In this document: piece after piece, positions 1 through 7,740 of the stretch | Layout: each line of letters starts with the position of its first letter | Position numbering within the stretch: the first letter of the stretch is position 1 | NCBI GenBank assembly: GCA_016929445.1 | Contig: JAFGIU010000063.1 | Location: forward strand, 1 to 55,737 | Source of the DNA: Candidatus Omnitrophota bacterium | GTDB taxonomy: Bacteria > Omnitrophota > Gorgyraeia > JAFGIU01 | Reading direction: 5' to 3' | Length of the DNA: 55,737 nt | Program-made: the position numbers and the translations under genes | The notes under the pieces: generated by a model | The model's input: the letters and a program-made list of their open reading frames with translations, nothing else | Told to the model about the DNA's origin: nothing | Database searches by the model: none

Positions 1-228
1 CGGCCGGGCATAGCGCATCTCCACGTTGCAGTGGTGTTCACATCGCGAAGGACGGGCATCCCGGGCACCGTCGAATACGAGGATACGCCTGCGCAAGCCG
101 CGCGGAAAACGGATGCGGCTTACCTCGGAGGCAAGCTTATACCGCGACTGCTCCAAAGAGAGCCCCGCCCATTCGGGGATTCGCATGATAACGTTGTAAG
201 CATCGACTAAGAGCGTATATCGAGTCAT
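1..228 (-). CDS. YacP/Rae1-like NYN-domain protein, N-terminal 76 codons (gene runs off the window edge)
   Basis: Not in the ORF track because it is open at the edge. Manual minus-strand translation from ATG 228-226 gives MTRYTLLVDAYNVIMRIPEWAGLSLEQSRYKLASEVSRIRFPRGLRRRILVFDGARDARPSRCEHHCNVEMRYARP. The LLVDxYNV start and VFDG/VE..Y pattern match B. subtilis YacP. Confidence 0.6.
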   Translation of the reverse strand, partial: MTRYTLLVDAYNVIMRIPEWAGLSLEQSRYKLASEVSRIRFPRGLRRRILVFDGARDARPSRCEHHCNVEMRYARP

Positions 229-240
229 TGGTCGGAGGCC

Positions 241-295
241 AGGGACATTTCTCAAAACCCAAAGGGACACATCTCCGCAGGAGATATGCCCCCTG
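241..295. repeat. Palindromic repeat family 1, diverged copy A
   Basis: CCAGGGACATTTCTC-N26-GAGATATGCCCCCTG. It shares the GAGGCCAGGGAC left flank with the copy at 5009 and lies 5 nt downstream of the stop of the 300..923 gene. Confidence 0.45.
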
Positions 296-299
296 TTAA

Positions 300-923
300 T
301 TAATCACCTATTCTACCAGACTCGGGTGGAGTTTCCGAAAGCCCGCCCACGAAGCGAATCAGGCTGGGTTCGGAGACGCGCCGGAGCAGGTCAAAATAGT
401 CCTGGCGCACGCGGGTAAGGACAGCCTCATAGAGCTGGAAGGAGCCGGAAAGCTTATCCAGAACTTCGGCAATAGGAGTCCGGGCCCGGTGGATCATGCG
501 GTCGTACTCGGCAGCGTAATGGTAATACGCGCTGCCATAGCCTTCGGTGCAGTGCCGGCGGCGCAGGTCCACACCCTCGGGTTCCCTGTCGCGGAGCAAG
601 TTGTCGAAGACCCCCAACCACAAAAGCCGGTGATCCGCATTAACCCGATAGACGCGGTATTTGAGCGCTTTATCCGCGGGCTCCTCCAGCAGATCAAGGA
701 GGTCGATTTCACGAACAGCCCCGTAGCGGGCGTACTGCTCATGGTATTGAGGCTGGATGACAGCCACCAGCAGATGGGCCAAGTAGACATTCACATCCTC
801 GTCCGAGCTAGTCGCCAATTCCGCGATTTCAGAGCGGACCCGCATCAGGCAGGTGAGCATATAGCCTTCTGAGGACTCCCGTTCCCGCTGGCTCAAAGTG
901 TAGTAGAACGGCGTGGGTCGCAT
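300..923 (-). CDS. Hypothetical protein (207 aa, helix-rich, no assignable family)
   Basis: The ORF-track entry 300..941 starts at TTG. The ATG at 923 has GGGAGGG 5 nt upstream. The frame is long and clean with plausible composition, but I recognise no catalytic or binding motif. Confidence 0.6.
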   Translation of the reverse strand: MRPTPFYYTLSQRERESSEGYMLTCLMRVRSEIAELATSSDEDVNVYLAHLLVAVIQPQYHEQYARYGAVREIDLLDLLEEPADKALKYRVYRVNADHRLLWLGVFDNLLRDREPEGVDLRRRHCTEGYGSAYYHYAAEYDRMIHRARTPIAEVLDKLSGSFQLYEAVLTRVRQDYFDLLRRVSEPSLIRFVGGLSETPPESGRIGD

Positions 924-1033
924 ACACGCCCTCCCGTTCAACTCCCCCTATTGCGCAACAATACCAAGTATAGCATGCGGAGAAAAGGCTGGCGGGGCAG
1001 GGCGACCGGCGCCGGACACCTCTACCCAAATCC

Positions 1034-1393
1034 CTATATCGTCAAGGCCCCGGCCATATCCCCGATCAAAGGAATCCGCCACCGCTTGCCGGTGGCCGCG
1101 CTGATCACGCCCCCCAGCGAGACAAGCGGAAAAACGATCTTGAGAATCACGGCAAGCACCCATCCGACAATGGGTATCCACGCCAGGAGGGCGCAAGCCA
1201 ACTCCAGGATGAAGATCGCCAATCCTTGGCGGCCGTGGAACTGTGCAAATTCCGAATCCCGCTTCAGGAAGAGCGGCACCAAACAAAGGATGGATAAATA
1301 GCCCAGGGCGGCGAATGCGCGGTTAATGCCCGGTTCTTCCTTAACCGTTACGGACGCAACTTGTTCTTCAGGTATGTGCTCTTGCTTGTCCAT
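1034..1393 (-). CDS. DUF4870-like small integral membrane protein
   Basis: ATG at 1393 is preceded by AAGGAGG. The pattern AFAALGYLSILCLVPLFLKRDSEFAQFHGRQGLAIFILE followed by further TM helices is typical of DUF4870/TMEM-type proteins. Confidence 0.65.
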   Translation of the reverse strand: MDKQEHIPEEQVASVTVKEEPGINRAFAALGYLSILCLVPLFLKRDSEFAQFHGRQGLAIFILELACALLAWIPIVGWVLAVILKIVFPLVSLGGVISAATGKRWRIPLIGDMAGALTI

Positions 1394-1421
1394 AACACCT
1401 CCTTTTGCAGACAGCATAACA

Positions 1422-1458
1422 CAAAAAAATCCCCCCGGGCCTTTCGGCCCAGGGGGAT
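1422..1458 (-). terminator. Rho-independent terminator downstream of the OMP gene
   Basis: Minus strand reads AUCCCCCUGGGCC-GAAA-GGCCCGGGGGGAU followed by UUUUUUG. It begins 23 nt after the stop at 1481. Confidence 0.85.
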
Positions 1459-1480
1459 TTGAACTGCAGACAATCGGCTC

Positions 1481-3058
1481 TTAGAAGTTAACTGTAACAG
1501 AACCGGTCAAACCAAAAGCAACATCTTCCGACTTGTTGCCCACACCATTGCCGGTTGCATTACCCGCATTGATGGGGGTGTTGTCGTTTTCGCCTTCATA
1601 GTAGTTACCCGGGATGAACCACAGCGCGCTCAAACCGAACTGCACATCCTCGGTGTAGTCGTAAACCAGCTTCAGGTCGATCTCGTCGCCGGCGCCGTCA
1701 TCACGACCAGCAAGAGGCTTCTCGTCAAACCAGAAGTGAAGGTAACGGCCACTCAGGTGCAGGTCATCCATCAACTCGGCGCCCGCGTCGAAATACAGAG
1801 CCATGGTGTTGGTGTTGCCGGCGCTGTCATACGGGTCGCCCGTAGAGTAGAGGCCATCGCCCTGCGTACCAGCCAAGAAGTCGCGAATACCGGAGAAAAA
1901 GTGTCCGCGATACATATTGTCCCAGGCACCGTAATCACCGCTGTTGCCGGCCTCTTCACCGGAAAGATACAAGAAGCCCATACCACCGGTCGGGTTCCAG
2001 GACACATCCTCATTCATGAGCTCGTTGAAGTTCATTGCGCCTTCAAGATTGAAGGCCCAAGCCGAACGGTCTCTGTCCGCGGCAAGAGCAGTCTGTGTAC
2101 CGTTAATGGTACCATCCTGCAATTCACCGAACTGATAAGCCAGTTCACCCGTCAACATCATACCTTCGACCACTTCGCTCTGCACCAAACCACCGATCGT
2201 ATGGACTTGGTTGGCTTCGTACACGGAAATGACTCCGGTATTATTGTTGTTGTTCAGACCGTAGCTGCCTGCGCCGTTGACACCAAAACGCAGCGCATCG
2301 GTAGCGGCGAAAGCCTCATCGTTCTTCCCGAAGTAGTAAAGGTCCACCGAAGTGTCCATATTGTCTTCGAGACGATAAGAACCTTCCACACCCCAGATCA
2401 TGTTGTCGTTACGGGCCTGGCCGGACTCAACTACCTGGGCGATGAAGCCGTCGATGGTTACCGGATCCAGATCCAACACCGCGCGAATCGCATCAAACGA
2501 GTTGTATGCGCTGTATTCGCGGCCGTTGAGGACCGTATACGTGGCACCGCTATCCTGAGTCGCAGCCGGAAGGCCTGTGACAGTAGCCTGAGTGAAGACA
2601 GCATTCGGATCCGCCAGAATACCTGCGCCGATAATAAAGCCGCGGCCATAGTTGAGGTCCTGACGACCGATGATCAAGCTCAACGGCGAATACATGACCT
2701 CATTTAAGGTCAAGTTCGCCAAGTTGAGATCGATATCGCCCGTGCTCGCGCCATCCGCACCCCACCTGCGCTGATTCAGCAAGCGGACAGTAGTGGAGAC
2801 GTTATCAGTCAAGTCGGCATCCACACGCACCCGAACCGTGGATAGGAAGTAACCTTCCGTATCCGCATAGCGGGTAAGAGCATTTGCGGTACCGATCGTC
2901 TGATCGTTTCTCTTCAGATCGTAGTTTGTCTGATAGATCGCTTTGGCGTCTATGTCACCACTGATCTTCACATTCTGAACACTCGCAGCAGCCGGAGCCG
3001 CGGCGATCGTCAGGGAAGCCAGCAGAGCAATTAAACTACCCCCGATTAACTTATTCAT
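1481..3058 (-). CDS. Putative outer-membrane beta-barrel protein (porin-like)
   Basis: Sec signal peptide MNKLIGGSLIALLASLTIAAAPAAAS. The sequence is long and rich in alternating and G/N/D/T/Y residues, with a C-terminal ...GSVTVNF (terminal Phe, an OMP signature). SD GAGGAGG lies 7 nt before the ATG. Confidence 0.7.
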   Translation of the reverse strand: MNKLIGGSLIALLASLTIAAAPAAASVQNVKISGDIDAKAIYQTNYDLKRNDQTIGTANALTRYADTEGYFLSTVRVRVDADLTDNVSTTVRLLNQRRWGADGASTGDIDLNLANLTLNEVMYSPLSLIIGRQDLNYGRGFIIGAGILADPNAVFTQATVTGLPAATQDSGATYTVLNGREYSAYNSFDAIRAVLDLDPVTIDGFIAQVVESGQARNDNMIWGVEGSYRLEDNMDTSVDLYYFGKNDEAFAATDALRFGVNGAGSYGLNNNNNTGVISVYEANQVHTIGGLVQSEVVEGMMLTGELAYQFGELQDGTINGTQTALAADRDRSAWAFNLEGAMNFNELMNEDVSWNPTGGMGFLYLSGEEAGNSGDYGAWDNMYRGHFFSGIRDFLAGTQGDGLYSTGDPYDSAGNTNTMALYFDAGAELMDDLHLSGRYLHFWFDEKPLAGRDDGAGDEIDLKLVYDYTEDVQFGLSALWFIPGNYYEGENDNTPINAGNATGNGVGNKSEDVAFGLTGSVTVNF

Positions 3059-3236
3059 TATGAATCCTCCTCAAACACCAGCAATTTCAGAATCCCGGCC
3101 GCTCCGCGCGTCCGGGGATTGTTTTCTAAGTTATCCCTCAAGATTTGTGACGACCCGTGGCCTAAAGTTTTCATCCCCCCTTCCTTTGCCCGATTAAAGC
3201 CGTCTCTGAGGGCTATGTTTTGAGGCACAAAGCAGA

Positions 3237-3266
3237 ATATTACCACATAAAACTTATTATTGTCAA
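3237..3266 (-). promoter_or_regulatory. Candidate sigma-70 promoter of the OMP gene
   Basis: Minus strand reads TTGACA (3266-3261), an 18-nt spacer, then TAATAT (3242-3237), inside an AT-rich island. This would give a ~170-nt leader. Confidence 0.5.
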
Positions 3267-3486
3267 GATGGTAAATTTTCCATCTTGACATAAACACATA
3301 CAATGATTGAACTTAAGTGGAGTATTTTTTTGGGTAAGCCGCTTGCCACCTTATTAAAACTCCCCCTCCGGGCCCTTTTCCCCGGGTAGCCTGAGCCACC
3401 CCTCTTCGAGGTCCAGATCCTGCCTGAGACTGGCTGCAAAATACGCCCCTTCACCCCCTAAGTCAAGCCCCTTGCCGAGAAATAAC

Positions 3487-3558
3487 TGCCCCTGGGAGGA
3501 CTCGAACCTCCGCTCATGGTTTAGGAAACCAATGCTCTATCCCCTGAGCTACAGGGGC
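3487..3558 (-). tRNA. tRNA-Arg (anticodon CCT)
   Basis: Minus strand reads GCCCCTGTAGCTCAGGGGATAGAGCATTGGTTTCCTAAACCATGAGCGGAGGTTCGAGTCCTCCCAGGGGCA. Acceptor stem GCCCCTG/CAGGGGC of 7 bp, D arm GCTC/GAGC, anticodon loop TTCCTAA, T arm GGAGG-TTCGAGT-CCTCC, discriminator A. No CCA is encoded. Confidence 0.9.
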
Positions 3559-3559
3559 C

Positions 3560-4123
3560 TTAATCGTACTTCAATATGGAGAAGACCGACTGGCCCAAAG
3601 CCTCCAACTTGGAGCGGCCGGGCAAAAATCCCAGCTCAATCAAAAAGGCCGTCTCCAGCACCTCGGCCCCCACTCCCTGAATAAGCCTCACCGTGGCTTC
3701 GGCTGTTCCCCCGGTCGCGATCACATCATCCAGGAGCACCACCTTCTGCCCGGCGGATAGAGCATCCTGATGCATCTCAATGGTGTCCCGGCCGTATTCC
3801 AGCTCATAGGTCATGCGGGTGGCCTGCGCCGGCAGCTTCCCCTGCTTGCGCACAGGAACAAAGCCCACACCCAAGGCAACGGCCAACGCCCCCCCCAAAA
3901 TGAATCCCCGGGCTTCGATTGCCACAATGGCCTCAACACCGGGCACCGGTCCCCCGGGCCCGTAGCGGGCTGCAAACAAATCGATCACTTCCTTAAATCG
4001 TTCGCCTTGCTTGAGCAGGGTCGTAATGTCCTTAAAAATGATCCCCTCAGAGGGGAAATCAGGCACATCCCGGATAGCTCCCTTGAGATTCTCAACGAGA
4101 GTCTTGTTCACCGTCATCTCCAT
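3560..4123 (-). CDS. apt: Adenine phosphoribosyltransferase
   Basis: IRDVPDFPSEGIIFKDITTLL and the PRPP loop VLLDDVIATGGTAEA. I chose the ATG at 4123 (GGAGAAAG upstream). The ORF-track start at 4150 adds a basic extension that overlaps the sigma gene. Confidence 0.9.
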   Translation of the reverse strand: MEMTVNKTLVENLKGAIRDVPDFPSEGIIFKDITTLLKQGERFKEVIDLFAARYGPGGPVPGVEAIVAIEARGFILGGALAVALGVGFVPVRKQGKLPAQATRMTYELEYGRDTIEMHQDALSAGQKVVLLDDVIATGGTAEATVRLIQGVGAEVLETAFLIELGFLPGRSKLEALGQSVFSILKYD

Positions 4124-4946
4124 TGAGCGCTTTCTCCGCCTGTTCTTCAACTTCTCTCAAAAAGCCTCTGAGCTTCTTGAGCGCCGAATTTTCGATCTGC
4201 CGGACACGTTCCCGCGTAATACCCATTTCACCGGCAATCTCCTTCAAAGTACGGGGTGTGCCGTCATTGAGCCCGTAGCGCATGTAGAGGACTTGGCGCT
4301 CCCGGTCCCCGAGCCGCGTCATGACCTTAAAAACCAGCTCGTGCTGGAGAACCTGGGAAATCTCGTCGGATACAGGGACCTGGTTCACGTCCTCCAAAAG
4401 GTCGATGAATTCCGCATCGCCGTCATCGCCAATCGGTGCGTCCAAGGAGGAGACTTTGGAAACGAGCGTGGAAATTTCCCGCACTTTCTTCAGAGGCAGG
4501 TCCATTTCCTTGGCAATTTCCTTGGGCTTGGGCTTGCATCCCAGCTCATGCGTCAGTCTTTCGGTCACCCGTTTCCAGCGCGCAATCAATTCTGTCATAT
4601 AAACAGGAATGCGAACCAACTTGCCCTGATTGGCCAAAGCACGGGTTACATACTGCTTGATCCACCATGCCGCATAAGTGCTAAAGCGGTATCCGCGGTT
4701 CGGATTGAACTTGGACACTGCTTTGATCAAACCGAGATTTCCCTCTTCGATCAAATCCATCATGGGCAGCCCCAGATGGTTGTATTTTTTTGCAATGTTG
4801 ATGACCAGGCGGAGGTTTGAACGAATCATGGCCTCGCGGGCCTCGGGGTCGCCGGCCCGGGCCCGCTGAGCCAGCTCAAACTCCTCTTCCGGAGTGAGAA
4901 GAGGAATCTTGCGGATGTCTTTTAGGTAGAGCTTGATTGGATCCAT
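4092..4946 (-). CDS. RNA polymerase sigma-70 family factor (regions 1.2-4.2, no region 1.1)
   Basis: YLKDIRKIPLLTPEEE, NLRLVINIAKKY, LIEEGNLGLIKAVSKF, FSTYAAWWIKQ, and TLKEIAGEMGITRERVRQIENSALKKLR (the 4.2 HTH). Confidence 0.9.
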   Translation of the reverse strand: MDPIKLYLKDIRKIPLLTPEEEFELAQRARAGDPEAREAMIRSNLRLVINIAKKYNHLGLPMMDLIEEGNLGLIKAVSKFNPNRGYRFSTYAAWWIKQYVTRALANQGKLVRIPVYMTELIARWKRVTERLTHELGCKPKPKEIAKEMDLPLKKVREISTLVSKVSSLDAPIGDDGDAEFIDLLEDVNQVPVSDEISQVLQHELVFKVMTRLGDRERQVLYMRYGLNDGTPRTLKEIAGEMGITRERVRQIENSALKKLRGFLREVEEQAEKALNGDDGEQDSR

Positions 4947-5008
4947 ATAAGCCGTTTGTGGAACTTCAACCGTTGAACTTCCATTATCCGTCGCCGAAAG
5001 CTCAGAGG

Positions 5009-5062
5009 CCAGGGACGGTTCTTAATTCTGCCGGACTCCGCGGGCTGTAAGAACCGTCCCTG
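5009..5062. repeat. Palindromic repeat family 1, copy B (best-paired)
   Basis: CCAGGGACGGTTCTTA-N23-TAAGAACCGTCCCTG has perfect 14-bp arms (5011-5024 / 5048-5061). It lies 13 nt downstream of the ppdK stop. Confidence 0.75.
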
Positions 5063-5074
5063 AACAATTTCAGT

Positions 5075-7726
5075 TTACTTACCTGCCGTTTGCGTTTGCA
5101 AGGACGGATCTTTGATCGCTGCCTGGGCTGCTGCCAAGCGAGCTGTAGGCACACGGAAGGGCGAACAGCTCACGTAGTTGAGCCCCACACCGTGGCAAAA
5201 CTCCACAGAAGAAGGATCTCCGCCATGCTCGCCACAGATACCCAGCTTGATCTCCGGACGCCCCTGACGCCCCTTTTCAACCGCCATCTTCACAAGGGAT
5301 CCGACCCCGATCTGGTCCAAACGCATAAACGGATCATCCTTCAGAATCCCCTTCTCGACATATGCGGGAAGGAACTTGCCCACATCGTCACGAGAGTACC
5401 CAAAGGTCATCTGAGTCAGGTCATTGGTCCCAAAGCTAAAGAACTGCGCTTCCTTTGCGATCTCATCCGCGGTAATGGCCGCGCGCGGAATCTCGATCAT
5501 GGTCCCAACCAAGTATTGGAACTCGGTACCAGTCTCGGCGATCACAGCATCGGCCTCACCCACAACAATCGCTTTGAGATCTGTAAACTCCCGCACAGTT
5601 CCAACCAGCGGAATCATGACCTCGGGCATGGGCTGCTTGCCTTCCTTAACCAGTTGAGCCGTGGCCTCGAAGATAGCGCGCGCCTGCATGCGGTAAATCT
5701 CCGGGAAAGTAATGCCCAAGCGGCAGCCGCGGTGCCCCAGCATCGGATTGCTCTCCTCCAAGGAAACCACGGTCTCTTCAATCTGCTTGACCGGAAAACC
5801 AATGGTTTTGGACAGGCGCTTTATTTCTTCATCGGTGCGCGGGAGGAACTCATGCAAAGGCGGATCCAAAAGGCGAATGGTCACGGGCAGCCCGTTCATT
5901 GCCTCCAGAATCCCGTAGAAGTCGCCCTTTTGCATGGGCAACAAAGTCGCCAAACCTTCCTCACGTTGGGAGGTATCCTTGGAAAGGATCATCTTCTGGA
6001 CCCAAGGCAGCCGATCCTCGCCAAAGAACATATGTTCAGTGCGGCAAAGCCCGATGCCTGCGGCGCCGAACTCACGGGCCACCCGCGCATCGTGCGGGGT
6101 GTCGGCATTGGCGCGCACGCCCAGGGTACGCGACTCATCGGCCCACGCCATGAGCGTATGGTAATCGTCGGAAAGTCCCGTGGACTGGAATTGGGCCTCA
6201 CCGAGAATGACTTCCCCGCTATTCCCGTCCAGTGTGATTACATCCCCCCTCTTAACAGTAATATCGCCGGCTTTGAAATAGCCCTTTTCCTCATTCACGG
6301 TAATTCCCTGGCAACCCACCACACAACACTTGCCCATTCCGCGCCCCACAACAGCGGCGTGGCTGGTCATACCGCCGCGCGAGGTAAGAATCCCCTGTGA
6401 AGCGGACATACCCCCCACGTCTTCCGGAGAGGTCTCCAGCCGCACGAGAATCACCTTCTTGCCGTTCTTCGCTTCCTCAATCGCGTCCGCACTGGTAAAA
6501 ACCGCCGTGCCGGCGACCGCGCCCGGAGACGCGGGCAGGCCTTTGGCAATCACCTGCTTCTCGCTTGTGGGATCGATGGTCGGGTGCAAGAGCTGGTCAA
6601 AGGCATCGGCATTGATCCGGGATACGGCCGTACGCTCGTCAATCAGTCCTTCCTTCTGCATCTCGACGGCAATTCGAACCGCAGACTGGATAGTCCGTTT
6701 GCCCGAACGCGTCTGGAGCAGGAAGAGCACCTTGTCCTCGATCGTAAATTCCAAGTCCTGCATATCACGATAGTGATTCTCCAGATTCTGATACACCTCG
6801 ACCAGCTGCTTGTAAGCATCGGGCATGAGTTTTTGGAGCTCCTCAATCGGGCGCGGTGTGCGGGTGCCGGCCACCACGTCCTCGCCCTGCGCGTTCATCA
6901 AGAACTCACCGTAGAAGCGCTTCTCCCCTGTGCCCGGATCGCGGGTAAAGGCCACGCCTGTGCCTGAGGTCTCGCCCAAGTTGCCAAAAACCATACTCTG
7001 CACATTGACTGCTGTTCCCCAGTCATGGGGAATGCGGTTCAGGTTCCGGTAGGTATAGGCTCGATCATTGTCCCAGGAACCGAAGACCGCGTTGATCGCG
7101 TACTTGAGTTGCTCAAAAGGATCCGAAGGAAAGTCCTGCCCTGTCGCTTGCTTAATGACCCCCTTGTAAACCTCCACCAGCTTCTTCAGGTCTGCTGCAT
7201 CCAAGCCGGTGTCCACTTCCACACCTTTGGCCTTCTTGGCATCGTCCAACTTGTTCTCAAAAAGCCGGTGCTCCACATTCAAAACCACATCGCCGAACAT
7301 TTGCAAAAACCGCCTGTACGAATCATAGGCAAAACGCTCGTTGTTGGACTTGGCAGCCAACCCTTGAACCGTTGTGTCGTTCAGACCGAGGTTGAGAACC
7401 GTATCCATCATCCCGGGCATGGAAACACGCGCGCCCGACCGCACGGACACGAGCAACGGATTATCCTTATCCCCAAAACCCTTGTCCAAGGCCTTCTCCA
7501 AACGGGCAATGGCCTCGCGGACCTGGTCGATCATTCCCTCGGGATAATCTTTCGTGTTTTGGAAAACCAAACAGGCTTCGGTAGAAATAGTAAACCCCGG
7601 AGGAACCGGAATATTGAGCCGGGTCATTTCTGCCAGATTGGCGCCCTTGCCCCCGAGCAGGTTCTTCATAGAACCGTCGCCGTCGGCTTTTCCATCACCA
7701 AAATAATAAACATATTTTTCAGACAT
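5075..7726 (-). CDS. ppdK: Pyruvate, phosphate dikinase
   Basis: 883 aa. N-terminus MSEKYVYYFGDG...LLGGKGANLAEM, phospho-His loop GGMTSHAAVVGRGMGK, and C-terminal PEP/pyruvate domain ...GICGEHGGDPSS. Confidence 0.95.
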   Translation of the reverse strand: MSEKYVYYFGDGKADGDGSMKNLLGGKGANLAEMTRLNIPVPPGFTISTEACLVFQNTKDYPEGMIDQVREAIARLEKALDKGFGDKDNPLLVSVRSGARVSMPGMMDTVLNLGLNDTTVQGLAAKSNNERFAYDSYRRFLQMFGDVVLNVEHRLFENKLDDAKKAKGVEVDTGLDAADLKKLVEVYKGVIKQATGQDFPSDPFEQLKYAINAVFGSWDNDRAYTYRNLNRIPHDWGTAVNVQSMVFGNLGETSGTGVAFTRDPGTGEKRFYGEFLMNAQGEDVVAGTRTPRPIEELQKLMPDAYKQLVEVYQNLENHYRDMQDLEFTIEDKVLFLLQTRSGKRTIQSAVRIAVEMQKEGLIDERTAVSRINADAFDQLLHPTIDPTSEKQVIAKGLPASPGAVAGTAVFTSADAIEEAKNGKKVILVRLETSPEDVGGMSASQGILTSRGGMTSHAAVVGRGMGKCCVVGCQGITVNEEKGYFKAGDITVKRGDVITLDGNSGEVILGEAQFQSTGLSDDYHTLMAWADESRTLGVRANADTPHDARVAREFGAAGIGLCRTEHMFFGEDRLPWVQKMILSKDTSQREEGLATLLPMQKGDFYGILEAMNGLPVTIRLLDPPLHEFLPRTDEEIKRLSKTIGFPVKQIEETVVSLEESNPMLGHRGCRLGITFPEIYRMQARAIFEATAQLVKEGKQPMPEVMIPLVGTVREFTDLKAIVVGEADAVIAETGTEFQYLVGTMIEIPRAAITADEIAKEAQFFSFGTNDLTQMTFGYSRDDVGKFLPAYVEKGILKDDPFMRLDQIGVGSLVKMAVEKGRQGRPEIKLGICGEHGGDPSSVEFCHGVGLNYVSCSPFRVPTARLAAAQAAIKDPSLQTQTAGK

Positions 7727-7740
7727 AGTTGCTCCTGTTC

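Noticed and set aside
3058-3454. ORFs 3058..3303(-) and 3263..3454(-) in the tRNA-OMP spacer.
   Set aside because: They span the AT-rich promoter/operator region and the OMP leader. They have no SD and an odd composition, and the first would have to start inside the predicted promoter.
5090-6400. Long plus-strand ORFs in the six-frame track: 5090..6400 (436 aa), 1736..2707, 7025..7930, 12591..13478, 25091..26032, 4011..4820, 32779..33516 and others.
   Set aside because: Each is the antisense shadow of a minus-strand gene with unambiguous family motifs. Their translations are R/G/P/H-rich low-complexity strings with no motifs, no SD, and starts inside the opposing gene.
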